A DNA stretch of 61,662 bases from a virus (IMGVR_UViG_3300042343_000382:1-61662), one strand, 5' to 3'; shown: positions 1 to 10,412, numbered from the stretch's first letter. Program-made: numbers and translations. The notes: generated by a model not told the origin, from the letters alone.

Positions 1-166
1 AGAAGATGTAGCAGCACCACCAGCAGAACCAGTAATCCAAGTTTTGTAACGACGATCTTCTGTTTCAGAAGCTCTGTAACGTACGTGTAAGAATGGTCTC
101 TTAGCGTTTTTACCTAATACTTGGTCGTAAACAGTTGTAGATCCAGCAGGAACTAACACACCATTG
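1..166. repeat. Terminal direct repeat (left copy), circular-assembly overlap
   Basis: 1..166 equals 61497..61662 except one mismatch (g127 vs a61623); it falls inside the capsid ORF. Confidence 0.97.
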
Positions 167-1320
167 ATAGCACCACCAACTACTCCACCACGTGTAGCAG
201 CATCGTTTAAGTATTTCCAGTCAGTTTTGTAGAAGTCGTAACCTCTTCTGAATCCTGTAAATCCTAAGTTCAAAGCCATATCCTTATCGTTATCGAATAA
301 ACCGTAAGATGTACCACCAGCTCCGTAAGAGTTTTGAGCAGCTAACATATCATCGATATCGAAAGAGAACTGACGGTTAACGAATAACACATTCTCTTGG
401 ATAGCACCTTGCTTATCAAGACGTTGGATAATAGTATCAAAGTCAGCTAATGTAGTTGGGTTACCACCACCCCATACGTTTCCTCTTTGAGAAACTGAGT
501 AGAATAAACCTTCAGAACCTTTGTTACCAACAACAGATTGGTTAGCAGCTCCTGAACCAGACTCAGCTGGTACAGCTTCGATCATAGCCAACTCTAAGTA
601 ATCCTCAAATCTCAAACGAGTTTCGTGCTCTGATTTGATGTACCATAAGTAACCTGTAGCTCCGTTCTCAGAAGTAACCTCAACCCATCCGATTTGAGCC
701 ATATCTGAACCAGATACTGCGTACTTATCTTTGATGATGATTGGGCTGTTCTCTAAGATCAAGTCATCAGCCTCTAAAGACTCAACCATTCCTTCAGTTC
801 CTTTTCTGAACTCAGAACCGTAAACGAATGCAGTTACTGTATCAGTAGTTGCAAATGTTTGACCACCACCTTCGTAGTAAGCTACGTCAAAAGTTCCAGC
901 AGCATAGTCAACATCAGTGATGATAGCCTTGTTAGATTTAGAAGCCTCGTTGTTATCTGATAAGATAACTGTTTGACCAATTCTAAATGCAATTCCTCCG
1001 TTACCTGGTACTAAAGTATCACTCACTGTAATAGTAGCTGTATCAGAAGCTGCAGCAGCGTCAGAAGCACAGTTAACATATTTAGTGTGTAAACGACCTT
1101 GCTCTGCCCATTTGATAAGGTCAGAAATAGATGGCATCTCAGCTCCAACTGATCTTAAGAAAGATGCAACTGAACGGTTACCATATCTTTCAAACTCTTT
1201 CTCGTAAGTATCTGGAAGATACTGATTCAAGAAGTCAAAGTTTGTGATGTAATTTGATGCAAGAGTTTTTCTCTCTGCTGAAGGCTGCAAATCAAAGCCT
1301 GGTGTAGATAATACTGACAT
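1..1320 (-). CDS. Major capsid protein, N-terminal 440 codons (continues at 61496..61407; 469 aa total)
   Basis: Manual translation from ATG at 1320 (MSVLSTPGFDLQPSAERK...KWAEQGRLH...GFTGFRRGYDFYKTDWKYLND...) is open to base 1 and joins the 61407 ORF. Motifs and position after portal/scaffold match capsids of crAss-like/flavobacterial phages. Missing from the supplied ORF track. Confidence 0.88.
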   Translation of the reverse strand, partial: MSVLSTPGFDLQPSAERKTLASNYITNFDFLNQYLPDTYEKEFERYGNRSVASFLRSVGAEMPSISDLIKWAEQGRLHTKYVNCASDAAAASDTATITVSDTLVPGNGGIAFRIGQTVILSDNNEASKSNKAIITDVDYAAGTFDVAYYEGGGQTFATTDTVTAFVYGSEFRKGTEGMVESLEADDLILENSPIIIKDKYAVSGSDMAQIGWVEVTSENGATGYLWYIKSEHETRLRFEDYLELAMIEAVPAESGSGAANQSVVGNKGSEGLFYSVSQRGNVWGGGNPTTLADFDTIIQRLDKQGAIQENVLFVNRQFSFDIDDMLAAQNSYGAGGTSYGLFDNDKDMALNLGFTGFRRGYDFYKTDWKYLNDAATRGGVVGGAINGVLVPAGSTTVYDQVLGKNAKRPFLHVRYRASETEDRRYKTWITGSAGGAATSS

Positions 1321-1338
1321 TTTTTAATTTTTTAATTG

Positions 1339-2433
1339 TTATTTTATACTTTTAAACTTAAGTCCTCGACCACCACCATCGTCTATACTTTTCACTTTAA
1401 CTCCTGATGAGCTGATAGATTGAGGAGATGTTCTAACCTCCATATCTATATTCTTTGTTTGTTTGGCGGTATCTAATAACGCCTCAGCTTTACCTTGCTC
1501 ATAAAAGAACTTGGCAAATTTTTCAGGATTCATAGCTACAGATAAGGATCTGTGATAACCAACAGCGTCTGAAATTAACCCATCACTATCTAAATACTTA
1601 GATATATAATTTGTCAAATCAGATTGAGACTTCTTTAAGTCTGCTGGATCACCAGGTAAAAACTTTAAATCCTTGTCACCAATATTGAAATCAAAACCTT
1701 TGAAATCTTGGTTGAAAAGTTCCTCCGTCTTCTTCTGAAAATACTCAGACTTTTTGTGACTCTCTTGCTGCACGGTCTGTGCGTCTTGAACGTATTTCTT
1801 GTAAGCGTTGTAGCCTTCCTTATCCTCATCTGGAACTGAGCTACCCCTTGACTCAAGTGGTGACTTGTACTGCTCCTTCTGATCTTCAAAAAACTTCTTA
1901 GCTTTGGCAAGCTCTTTCTTCTTGGCAATTTCTTTTTTCTTAATTTCTTTCTCTTCGTCAAATTCAGAATCATACCCAAATTTATCTTCGATCATATAAT
2001 TAATATCCTCGTCATCCAAGTCTGACTCGGTAACTGAGTAATACTCAGCTAAAAGCTTCTCTGGAGATAGTTTACTGAAGTCCTTACTTAACTTCATAAA
2101 GTCATCAATACCTCTACCAGTCTCTTTCTTATACTTTAAGAATGCTGAAACGTCTGAAGGTAATTCCTCGTTAGCTTCTCTCTCCTTAAATAGTTCATCA
2201 ACAGAGTTGATTTCCTTGTTGTATCTTCCCTTAATATAGGACAATACATCCTCATCCTTTAACTCTGGAGTAGTTGTCTCTTGAACTACCTCTTCAGTTA
2301 CAACCTCTGTTGCAACCTCGTTCGTAGACTCATTATTAAACTTCTCCTCGTGCTTGTCTAATAACTCCTGTTCAATTTCTTGAATAGAGCGTTCCTCCCC
2401 TGCGCCAATATCGCGCACTGTAAAATTTTCCAT
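1339..2433 (-). CDS. Putative capsid scaffolding protein
   Basis: 364 aa, very acidic N-terminus, coiled-coil middle, immediately upstream of the capsid gene. Confidence 0.6.
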   Translation of the reverse strand: MENFTVRDIGAGEERSIQEIEQELLDKHEEKFNNESTNEVATEVVTEEVVQETTTPELKDEDVLSYIKGRYNKEINSVDELFKEREANEELPSDVSAFLKYKKETGRGIDDFMKLSKDFSKLSPEKLLAEYYSVTESDLDDEDINYMIEDKFGYDSEFDEEKEIKKKEIAKKKELAKAKKFFEDQKEQYKSPLESRGSSVPDEDKEGYNAYKKYVQDAQTVQQESHKKSEYFQKKTEELFNQDFKGFDFNIGDKDLKFLPGDPADLKKSQSDLTNYISKYLDSDGLISDAVGYHRSLSVAMNPEKFAKFFYEQGKAEALLDTAKQTKNIDMEVRTSPQSISSSGVKVKSIDDGGGRGLKFKSIK

Positions 2434-2455
2434 TTGATTTGATTTATTAAATTAT

Positions 2456-2480
2456 TGGCACTAATTTAATATTAGTGCCA
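2456..2480 (-). terminator. Intergenic hairpin, possible terminator or operator
   Basis: TGGCACTAAT-ttaat-ATTAGTGCCA, perfect 10-bp stem just after the 2491 stop. Confidence 0.4.
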
Positions 2481-2490
2481 TTTTATAGTT

Positions 2491-2853
2491 TTATGACAGA
2501 GTCAATAAATATTTTAGCTTTGCCGCCTCACCCGAAAGTGATTGAGCTATATTACAGATATCTGGATATCTATTAGCCTCACCATAAGCCTCAAGCTCGT
2601 TGGCGAACATTAGCACCTGATCAGTAAGCTCCATAGCATCTTGTCCTGTTTTCATAGGTTCAATTCGCATTCCCTTGATTCTCTTTCCGCTATACCCCAT
2701 CAACTTCTCAACGACCTCATCCTTGAAGTCTTGCAAGAACTCATAGAACGCACCTGTTGCCTTGTGCTCTGCAAAACTTCTTGTCTCCCAGTGAATCATA
2801 TGGAACTGCTCGTGAAACGTAGCTAATCTCCCTGCGATATCTTCTGTTGTCAT
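2491..2853 (-). CDS. Ferritin/Dps-like four-helix protein
   Basis: H..HW......H......Y......D...E pattern (HMIHWETRSFAEHKATGAFYEFLQDFKDEVVE) of Dps-type ferroxidase centres. Confidence 0.7.
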   Translation of the reverse strand: MTTEDIAGRLATFHEQFHMIHWETRSFAEHKATGAFYEFLQDFKDEVVEKLMGYSGKRIKGMRIEPMKTGQDAMELTDQVLMFANELEAYGEANRYPDICNIAQSLSGEAAKLKYLLTLS

Positions 2854-2863
2854 ATTGTTTTAT

Positions 2864-3919
2864 TTATGTTAATCTAATTTTTACTACACCTGCTGTATGA
2901 TACATTCCGCCAACAAGCACTCCTCCAGCTGCTGCTGCTGCATCATTAAGGTAGTCACCTGCTACATTTGGAAGTTGACTCGTCAAAGCAACAGTTCCGT
3001 CTGCGTCTGGTAACTTAATTGTTCTACTCGCTGTTTGAGTATCCGCTGACGTTAAAATTACTGTCTTACCAGAAGAAGAAGGTAATCCTATTCTTAAATA
3101 AGGATTAGCGCCAGCCGTAGATACTAACTCTATTTTTCCACCAAGAAAATCGTTTGTTTTTATAGAATCAGCTAATACTGTCATTGTTGTTACACCATCT
3201 GTAATGGTGTTACCTCCAGTTATTGCTTTCTGCAATGTAACATCACTTGTCAAAGCAACAGTTCCCGTTGCGTCTGGCAATGTAATATTTCTGTTTGCTG
3301 TAGGAGTAACTGCCTGTAATATATTAGTAGTCTTTAAACCAGATGCATTTTTAGTAAATGTAATTTTAGTTGTTTCTAAAGTTGTTTTACTAAGTGTCGA
3401 TGTATTTTCAACAGAAACACCATTAGTTAAATCAAATATACCTGTTTTAAAATTACCAGAAACCATAGTGTTTCCGTTATTATATGCTTGCTGTAATGTT
3501 CCAGCTCCTCCAGAGGGTCCTTGTGGTCCTGTAGGTCCTTGTGCACCTGCAGGTCCTACAGCTCCTTGCGAAGCTAATAGTGCCCAGTGTGTTGAATCAA
3601 CATCAGGAGCAGTTGTTCCTGAAGTAGCTAATATACAGAACCAAGACGCACCATCATATCCTACAGCATCGTCTGCTACGTAAGATGTTCCAGACACCCA
3701 AGATCCCTGCCACTCTAATCCTGCTGGTCCTACTGGTCCTGGAGGCCCTGCTGGCCCTTCAACTCCTTGAGGTCCTTCAGCTCCTACACCAACTGTAGCA
3801 GCTAGGTCTTCTATTGTATACGGTTGTGTTTCTGCGTTTAAAGTTGCAGATTTTCTTTCTGTAAGATTTACGTTTTCAGATATTCCTATAAACCTTGTTC
3901 CTGATGGTACTGTTGACAT
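2864..3919 (-). CDS. Fibre protein with collagen-like G-X-Y repeats
   Basis: GPQGVEGPAGPPGPVGPAG repeats, W..GTSY..DDAV.Y.G.SW module, two LPDA.GTVALTS motifs. Confidence 0.75.
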   Translation of the reverse strand: MSTVPSGTRFIGISENVNLTERKSATLNAETQPYTIEDLAATVGVGAEGPQGVEGPAGPPGPVGPAGLEWQGSWVSGTSYVADDAVGYDGASWFCILATSGTTAPDVDSTHWALLASQGAVGPAGAQGPTGPQGPSGGAGTLQQAYNNGNTMVSGNFKTGIFDLTNGVSVENTSTLSKTTLETTKITFTKNASGLKTTNILQAVTPTANRNITLPDATGTVALTSDVTLQKAITGGNTITDGVTTMTVLADSIKTNDFLGGKIELVSTAGANPYLRIGLPSSSGKTVILTSADTQTASRTIKLPDADGTVALTSQLPNVAGDYLNDAAAAAGGVLVGGMYHTAGVVKIRLT

Positions 3920-3935
3920 ATTATTTATTTTTTTG

Positions 3936-3943
3936 CAAAGTTA
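3936..3943 (-). promoter_or_regulatory. Bacteroidota-type -7 box (TAACTTTG)
   Basis: Matches TAnnTTTG, 16 nt upstream of ATG 3919. Confidence 0.65.
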
Positions 3944-3960
3944 GTAATTATTTTCTTATA

Positions 3961-6396
3961 TTATCTCGGCTCAAACTCAGCGAATGAAAAATCATCAAGC
4001 GAATCCTCGTTTGATTCGAAGTCAACAGGAGGCAAGTTATTCTTACGCTGCTCAATTAATTTAGATTGAGTTGTTGCCTGCTTCAATATTCTATTGTCCT
4101 TAGCCTTCTCCTTCATCTCGTCCTTCATAGTTATAGCCTGAGCCTCAACACCCCTAAGCTGCATATTCATCTGGAACTCAACATTCATCAACTCAACCTT
4201 TAACTGAGCCTCTGACTTCATCTTTTCTATCTCGTATCCAATCTCTGCCTGCTTGATCATCATCTTAGACTGAGTCTCTGCCTGAATTTGTTGCATAGCG
4301 TTCTGAGCAGCCATCTGCTGAGACTGAGCATTAATCTGAGCTTGCATCTGTTGAGCTTGCATAGCGTTCTGCTGATCCTGCTCCTGCTTCTTACGTCTCT
4401 TAAGTTTAAGCAACTGATTAGCAAGCTTAATGTTATTTATCTCTCTAATATCTATAGCGTCCTCAAGTGTAATCGCATCTCTTGAAAGTGCAACCTGAAT
4501 GTTCTGCTCTAGCTTAGTCTTCTCCTCCTCGTCTGGAGACATCTCTATAAATATACCGAAGTCGTATATGTATATCTCCTTAATCTCTTCAAGAAGGCTT
4601 ACATTGTACTTACCGATCTGCATAGCAAATGTCTCTGCAAAGTCAGAGTACTCTAGTATATCAGCAACCCTATAAGATATAGCCTCAGCTAATCCCTTAG
4701 TTATGCTTAGACTTCCGTCTAGTATGTGTCTTGTGGCTGTGTTTGAGTTTGCCGCTGCAAGCTTCTGTAGACCAACTAAAGAGTTAGGATCTGGCATACT
4801 ACCATCCCTAGCCTCGTTCAATCCTGTCACATCTCTAATCATACTTAGGTAGTGGTTATAACTTCCAATTAACGAAGCTATCTTACCCTGACCGCTGTTA
4901 GAGTTAAGCTCCTGGATAGGAACCCTTGCGTTATTAAACTCACCATCCTGAGTGTAGCTTCTACCGATAACACTACCAGTCTGGAAGTATAATCTAAGCG
5001 CGTCCTCTGGATTGTATGCTGCCCCGTTACCCAAGTCAACCTCGTTAAGTCCATCGGCATCGATGAACACACCGTCAGGTACAACCCTAGAAATAACCTG
5101 CTGTAGCTTTAAGTGAGTAACCTGAATCAAGTCAGCAAATGGTATCATACGTCTAACCAAAGACTCTATGTTACCCTTATACATTCTTGGAGCCACTGCT
5201 ATATAGTTTGGAAGCGCGTGCTGAGATGATGACTTAGGTCTAACCATATTCTTGGAAAGCTCCCACTTCAACATAATGTTAGTACCCATCACCATAATAC
5301 CATCGTACCACACGTCGATAGTCTTCTCTACCTTCTCGAACTTACCGTCCTCCATCATCTCGTTAGGAGGATTAAACGTATCATCCTTCTGAATCATTCT
5401 AACACCGCCTGTGTCTAGTACCTTTTTCTTATAGACAAACTTCTTTGTTGTCTTGTAATTAACATAAAGAAGCGTGGCAGAGTCTCTACTAAACAAGCTG
5501 TTCTGATAGAACTGTGCGTTGTTGTAGTAGTTGTACCAAGACTGGCTGTACTTTGAAATCTCTTCAAGCTGCTCGTTTGTAAGTGTAGGATCTATCTTAA
5601 GTAGTTCAGTAATAGCTACAGTCTTAATCTCTCCCCAGTAGAAGCAATCTCTAAAGTGCGGATCCTCTGTGTAGCTGTGAACGATATTGGCAGGATCTAC
5701 GTAGTCAATCTGAACGCCACTTCCTGGTAGGAACTGGTGCTTAACTAATCCCTTACCAAGTACGGCTAGGTCGTAGTCAACTCTGCTCCTTATGTCTGAG
5801 TACTTGTTGTCCTCTAGTATTGTGTTAATTGCAGTCTCCTCAGCGATTTCTATTGCTGGCTTGTAGTTGATCTGCATAAATAAATTAAGCTCCTCTGAAT
5901 CCTGAGGCAGCTGATCGGCATTTGTATCAAACGCATCAACCCCGAAACTATCCTTTATCTGATTCAGAATATCCTTAGACACCATATCGGTCTCTATCAT
6001 ATCCTGATACTTGCTACGTCTCTCGGCAGATACTGCATCCTGAGCGTAAGCCTTAACTCTAAAAAGTCTGTCAGACATACCGTTAACAACGATATCGACA
6101 AACTTTGGTATAATTGGAATCGGTGTCCAATCTAAATTTAAATGAGAAAGGTCACCATCTACTGATAACTCGTTCTTATATTTAGCAACTGATTGTTCTC
6201 CCCTTGCGTATAACCGAAGACGATGAAACTCACCCCACTGATTATAGAATTTACAAGTTCCACTATCTCGTCTGAACCACTCATATTGCACAGACTGGCA
6301 AATCTGAAGACCGTATTCGTATGTTGCTTTTTCTTTATCAGAAGCAAATTGACTTGGGAAACCTGCAGGATTAATGTTAATGGTTACATCCTTCAT
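3961..6396 (-). CDS. Portal protein
   Basis: 811 aa directly after TerL; LDWTPIPIIPKFVDIVVNG and TGLNEARDG motifs; Gln-rich coiled C-terminus. Confidence 0.88.
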   Translation of the reverse strand: MKDVTININPAGFPSQFASDKEKATYEYGLQICQSVQYEWFRRDSGTCKFYNQWGEFHRLRLYARGEQSVAKYKNELSVDGDLSHLNLDWTPIPIIPKFVDIVVNGMSDRLFRVKAYAQDAVSAERRSKYQDMIETDMVSKDILNQIKDSFGVDAFDTNADQLPQDSEELNLFMQINYKPAIEIAEETAINTILEDNKYSDIRSRVDYDLAVLGKGLVKHQFLPGSGVQIDYVDPANIVHSYTEDPHFRDCFYWGEIKTVAITELLKIDPTLTNEQLEEISKYSQSWYNYYNNAQFYQNSLFSRDSATLLYVNYKTTKKFVYKKKVLDTGGVRMIQKDDTFNPPNEMMEDGKFEKVEKTIDVWYDGIMVMGTNIMLKWELSKNMVRPKSSSQHALPNYIAVAPRMYKGNIESLVRRMIPFADLIQVTHLKLQQVISRVVPDGVFIDADGLNEVDLGNGAAYNPEDALRLYFQTGSVIGRSYTQDGEFNNARVPIQELNSNSGQGKIASLIGSYNHYLSMIRDVTGLNEARDGSMPDPNSLVGLQKLAAANSNTATRHILDGSLSITKGLAEAISYRVADILEYSDFAETFAMQIGKYNVSLLEEIKEIYIYDFGIFIEMSPDEEEKTKLEQNIQVALSRDAITLEDAIDIREINNIKLANQLLKLKRRKKQEQDQQNAMQAQQMQAQINAQSQQMAAQNAMQQIQAETQSKMMIKQAEIGYEIEKMKSEAQLKVELMNVEFQMNMQLRGVEAQAITMKDEMKEKAKDNRILKQATTQSKLIEQRKNNLPPVDFESNEDSLDDFSFAEFEPR

Positions 6397-8673
6397 TTAC
6401 TTTATTATTTCGCTATATCTTCCGTTGTTATTATATCTTGCAAATTTAATACTTATTTTCGAATCTTTTTTAACTGCTTGAAACGTGGATCTTTGCGTTG
6501 CCATTATGGCTAACCCTGAGCTAATTGCGGCATCAAACTTGGTCCTGTCGTTTATATCAAACTTAGCCCAGTCCTCCAATGTCTTTGTAAAATACATAGA
6601 GCCCATCTCATCTGGATCCCTGTACGTACCCTCTAGATCTAATCCTACGTACTTCTCTATGTACGACTCAATTCCAGACGCGTGAGCGTGTTTAACATCT
6701 TCAGACGAGTTAGGAATACCCCCTAGCTCTTTCTCTGTCTTAGAGAGCTTGTGAGAGGGTTTGTCAGGTCTGTTTAAAGAGAACGCTCTGTAGCCCCTTG
6801 TCTTGAAGTGATACAGTAGCCTCTGCTTGTTGTTCTCTATAAGCACTGGCATACCATAAAACACACACGCCATAAGAACGTCCTCAAAGAATATCTCTGC
6901 AGTCTGTGGTCTGGCTATGTACTCAAGGAAGAACTCGTTGCTTGGCGCGTTGTCCATATTAAACTTGGTAAGTCCGTGAAGTGCACCCTTAGATCCTCCA
7001 CCACCTACCGTTCCAGATATGTCGTACGGATCACATCCAAAGGCACCAATGTGCTCGTTGCCAGGCTGCTTGTTTCCGTTCCTTGTGATGACGTTATTCA
7101 TAAGCTGATTCGATGGTATCCAAGACACTAAGAACCTACCCCTTACGTCTGGAGTCCAGACAACCGTGCTATCTTCCTTGCCATCCTTCCAGTGGAACGA
7201 GCCCCTTGTAAGAACCCTATCCTTTATAAGTGAATCATTGTAGTCTATCTGCTGGTATATCTTTGTAAGATTAAATATCGATGCCTTGCTCTCGTCTCTA
7301 AACGCGTGACTCTCTGTCCTTGGGAACTGACGATAGAACTCGTTCAGCGCGTCAGGATCATTCTTTAAGGAATCAACCTCATTCTCCCAGAAGTCGATAG
7401 CTCCTATCTTTATAGGTCTTCCATCCACACCCTCTACTGGTGAATTAGGCTGTCTAAAAACAGGCATACCATACCTATCAATATAACCCTCAAAATTCCA
7501 CTCCATAGGAATAAACAGAGCGTATAGTCCTGTCTTTGTTTGTCCATTCGCGTTTCTTGTTGTTATCTTAGAGTCTTCGTATAATTTTTTAAAGTTTCCA
7601 CCCCCCTTTTCCAACGCGTTAACTGTAGATCCCATAAGGCACTTTCCAATGATCTTGCTACCTAACCTTAGACAGGTCTTACGAACCCTCCAACCATTTA
7701 GTATATTGTTTGGTTTTTCTAACTTTCCAGACTCGTCCTCTATAAGTAGCTTTAGTTTTTCACCGTCATACGAGTTGTCAGACGTGTTACTCCAGTCGAT
7801 AGACGTATCCAACCCCTCAAGGTTTGAGTTGTCGCTCTCGTACATATTTTTCTTGGTAATCTTAGACGCTGGCACTCTATAGGCTAGCTCTGTCTTAGGC
7901 TTATCCATACCGTCCATAATAGGCTTGAAGAAGAATGGATAGTTGCTCGATATTGGCACGACCTTATCGGTAAACATCGCCTTAGCATCTCCTCCAGTCT
8001 TTGAGCATATCCCTATCCTAGCATTCTTTGCAAGTGTCGCCACATTTACAGACTCTGACGATGCCATAAACGAAAACCCAGAACGTCTGATCTTTAGATA
8101 TGTCATACCGAAGCATCTATCATCAGCCTTGCAAGCCTCCCAGAATATAAAGAATATCCTGTTAGCCTCTCGGAAGTCAGGGTGACCTACGTCAATCTTT
8201 GTCCACTGAAGGTACATATAATGACTACCTGTTATGTATGTAGGCACACCGTTGTTCATAAAGAACATACCGTCCTCGCGCCTAACGAACTCGTTCTCTA
8301 TGTAGTCAACCCACTTAGCCTTGAAGTCCTTCTGCATTGTGTGCCACTGGAATATAGACTTTATATTGTGCAGCTCCTTTGGATAATCTGCCGCCTCCCA
8401 GTACTGCTTCTCCTTCTTCTCGTCCCTTTTATGTACTATATTTGGGACAAGAGGTAGTGCAATATTAAGTCCGTTTATGTTGTATACCTCACCAATGGTA
8501 CCGTCCTTAGAGATCACGACTATGTCGTACTTCTCATTGTACCCGTACTCCCAAGACCTCTTATTATTCCCACCAGTAAGAATACCTGCAGGAATTAGGT
8601 TATGGATGACGTTACTTAGACCTTCCCTCTGCGAATCCTTTGATTGTAGGTTCTTTTGTTTTTGACTCTCCAT
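6397..8673 (-). CDS. terL: Terminase large subunit
   Basis: Walker-A-like KIRRSGFS, Walker-B LLIEDESGK, GSTVN coupling motif, nuclease GCDPYD and terminal FDAAISSG; start uncertain. Confidence 0.92.
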   Translation of the reverse strand: MESQKQKNLQSKDSQREGLSNVIHNLIPAGILTGGNNKRSWEYGYNEKYDIVVISKDGTIGEVYNINGLNIALPLVPNIVHKRDEKKEKQYWEAADYPKELHNIKSIFQWHTMQKDFKAKWVDYIENEFVRREDGMFFMNNGVPTYITGSHYMYLQWTKIDVGHPDFREANRIFFIFWEACKADDRCFGMTYLKIRRSGFSFMASSESVNVATLAKNARIGICSKTGGDAKAMFTDKVVPISSNYPFFFKPIMDGMDKPKTELAYRVPASKITKKNMYESDNSNLEGLDTSIDWSNTSDNSYDGEKLKLLIEDESGKLEKPNNILNGWRVRKTCLRLGSKIIGKCLMGSTVNALEKGGGNFKKLYEDSKITTRNANGQTKTGLYALFIPMEWNFEGYIDRYGMPVFRQPNSPVEGVDGRPIKIGAIDFWENEVDSLKNDPDALNEFYRQFPRTESHAFRDESKASIFNLTKIYQQIDYNDSLIKDRVLTRGSFHWKDGKEDSTVVWTPDVRGRFLVSWIPSNQLMNNVITRNGNKQPGNEHIGAFGCDPYDISGTVGGGGSKGALHGLTKFNMDNAPSNEFFLEYIARPQTAEIFFEDVLMACVFYGMPVLIENNKQRLLYHFKTRGYRAFSLNRPDKPSHKLSKTEKELGGIPNSSEDVKHAHASGIESYIEKYVGLDLEGTYRDPDEMGSMYFTKTLEDWAKFDINDRTKFDAAISSGLAIMATQRSTFQAVKKDSKISIKFARYNNNGRYSEIIK

Positions 8674-8884
8674 TGATTAACTCCTTCTCTAATTCGATTC
8701 GATTAAGTATAGCGAAGGCATCTTCTATTGCTAAACGTTTTGAAGATGCAGCTGTCTTTAATTTGTCAGCAGACAAATCGGTATCATCACCAGTGATAAT
8801 CTTATCCTCGGCAACCTTTATAAGTTCTTCTACAGCCTTGTATCCAGCCTCAATGATTCTCTTCTTTATATCTGTTAGTTCCAT
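8612..8884 (-). CDS. Small protein upstream of TerL, possible terminase small subunit
   Basis: 90 aa helical protein overlapping the terL 5' end; position only. Confidence 0.5.
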   Translation of the reverse strand: MELTDIKKRIIEAGYKAVEELIKVAEDKIITGDDTDLSADKLKTAASSKRLAIEDAFAILNRIELEKELINGESKTKEPTIKGFAEGRSK

Positions 8885-9441
8885 TTGATTGTAATATTTT
8901 TAGTGAACATCCTGTACAGCTTTTCTCCGTCAATGTTAAACTCGTACTCGCTATCTGGCTCGAACGAAACCTCATCACCCTCTACAACTCCTAAATCTCT
9001 AAGCTCATCGTTTGAGTACTTAACAACTCCAATAAGCGGTTCAAATACTCCTCCCTTGCTTATGTATGACTCACGAGTCTTCACTGGCTTTATAAAGCAG
9101 TATTTAGAGTGTGTCCTCCACTTTCCGTTATGATTATACATAAAGTACTGGTCCTCATCAACAAAGAAGAGGTCATCCTTCAAGAAGCTTGTTCCGCTCC
9201 TTTCTTGACCTTTCATATCGTAGTAAATCTTAAACGTGTTGTGGTGAACTAGAAGTATGTCACCGACACAGATGTCGCCAACATAGTTGTTAGGGACTGA
9301 CACAACCTCAGCAAACCTGTTTGTTGCCGTGTGGTCCTCCTGAGATACACTGGTTATAAAGTTGATATCGCCTATCTTCTTTATATTGTCGTACCTCCTA
9401 CCGTTTGTAGGTCTAACGACAAAGTAAAATGGCGATTTCAT
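8875..9441 (-). CDS. Tandem GroES-like (co-chaperonin fold) protein
   Basis: Two GroES-like segments: AEVVSVP...ICVGDILLVHHN and GVVKY...GVVEGDEVSF...EFNIDGEKLYRM. Confidence 0.55.
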   Translation of the reverse strand: MKSPFYFVVRPTNGRRYDNIKKIGDINFITSVSQEDHTATNRFAEVVSVPNNYVGDICVGDILLVHHNTFKIYYDMKGQERSGTSFLKDDLFFVDEDQYFMYNHNGKWRTHSKYCFIKPVKTRESYISKGGVFEPLIGVVKYSNDELRDLGVVEGDEVSFEPDSEYEFNIDGEKLYRMFTKNITIKWN

Positions 9442-9668
9442 TAGAAGTCAATATTATTCTCTGTAGATATAGGCATATTAGCGTTAAACTTCTTCCACTT
9501 CTTAATCTCGTCATCCTTCTCGATCCAGATCTCAAAATCTCCAGTGCTTTCATTTATTCCGATATGATTTATCCTATGGCTACCACTAAGAACATCCTGA
9601 CCTACTATGTAGTGCATAGCGCCATTCTTATAGTCAGCGCCAACTGATATCTTTCTTATTATATCCAT
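9441..9668 (-). CDS. Hypothetical protein
   Basis: 75 aa, coupled to neighbours. Confidence 0.75.
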   Translation of the reverse strand: MDIIRKISVGADYKNGAMHYIVGQDVLSGSHRINHIGINESTGDFEIWIEKDDEIKKWKKFNANMPISTENNIDF

Positions 9669-9688
9669 TCGATTTAATTTTAAATTGT

Positions 9689-10177
9689 TTAATTGTAAAC
9701 TCTTATCTCTACCTGAACAACAACATTAGAACCTACCCCTTCTTTATAAACAGCACGAACAGTATCTGAATTTAATCTGCCTAAACTTATTAAAGAGTTA
9801 TAATCATCAGTACCTGAAGTAATTATACAAAATGTTTTTTCTTCTAAAAAAGCTCCGTCTAATGTACAGTCAAAAGTATCAGTTAAAAATCTTGTCCAAA
9901 TAGGTGTTCCTTGCAATGTATTCTCTAATACAGTAGCTACAGGATCATCATATCCTGCTTGTGTTAATAAAGCTGTATATACTTTATATGAAACTTCCGC
10001 TGGAGGTCCTGGAGGTCCTGGAGGTCCTGGAGGTCCTTGGTTTATATCGCCTACTAAATTAATAATACTCGCGATACTAAAATTTCTAGTCTCATCAGAG
10101 CTGTTTACATCTGTACCAATTAATATATCATCCTCTGTAGGATTTGAAAGTGTAGGGTATTGACTAATTTTTGTCAT
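9689..10177 (-). CDS. Virion fibre-like protein with (GPP)4 collagen stretch
   Basis: GPPGPPGPPGPP; N-terminus MTKISQY shared with the 14270..16429 product. Confidence 0.6.
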   Translation of the reverse strand: MTKISQYPTLSNPTEDDILIGTDVNSSDETRNFSIASIINLVGDINQGPPGPPGPPGPPAEVSYKVYTALLTQAGYDDPVATVLENTLQGTPIWTRFLTDTFDCTLDGAFLEEKTFCIITSGTDDYNSLISLGRLNSDTVRAVYKEGVGSNVVVQVEIRVYN

Positions 10178-10412
10178 CTGTTATTTCTCCTGTTTCTAAG
10201 TTTATCTTTACGTTACCGTACTTCTCTAATAAGTCAGCCTCTATTGATTTAAATTCAGATGATAACTTATCTAAGTCATTAAATACTAAGTTCTTCTGAG
10301 ATTGGATATTGCGATTTGCAATCTCTAAATCTGCCAACTTTGCTCTAAGATCTACGAAGCTCTTGTTTAAATCTCTTAATGTCTCTAACTCTTGTTTTTC
10401 TATTGCTTTCAT
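10164..10412 (-). CDS. Small coiled-coil protein, possible fibre chaperone
   Basis: Heptad pattern ending LLEKYGNVKINLETGEI. Confidence 0.55.
   Translation of the reverse strand: MKAIEKQELETLRDLNKSFVDLRAKLADLEIANRNIQSQKNLVFNDLDKLSSEFKSIEADLLEKYGNVKINLETGEITDDKN

Noticed and set aside
1-166. Biological direct terminal repeat
   Set aside because: It interrupts the capsid gene mid-frame, as expected for a circular assembly overlap
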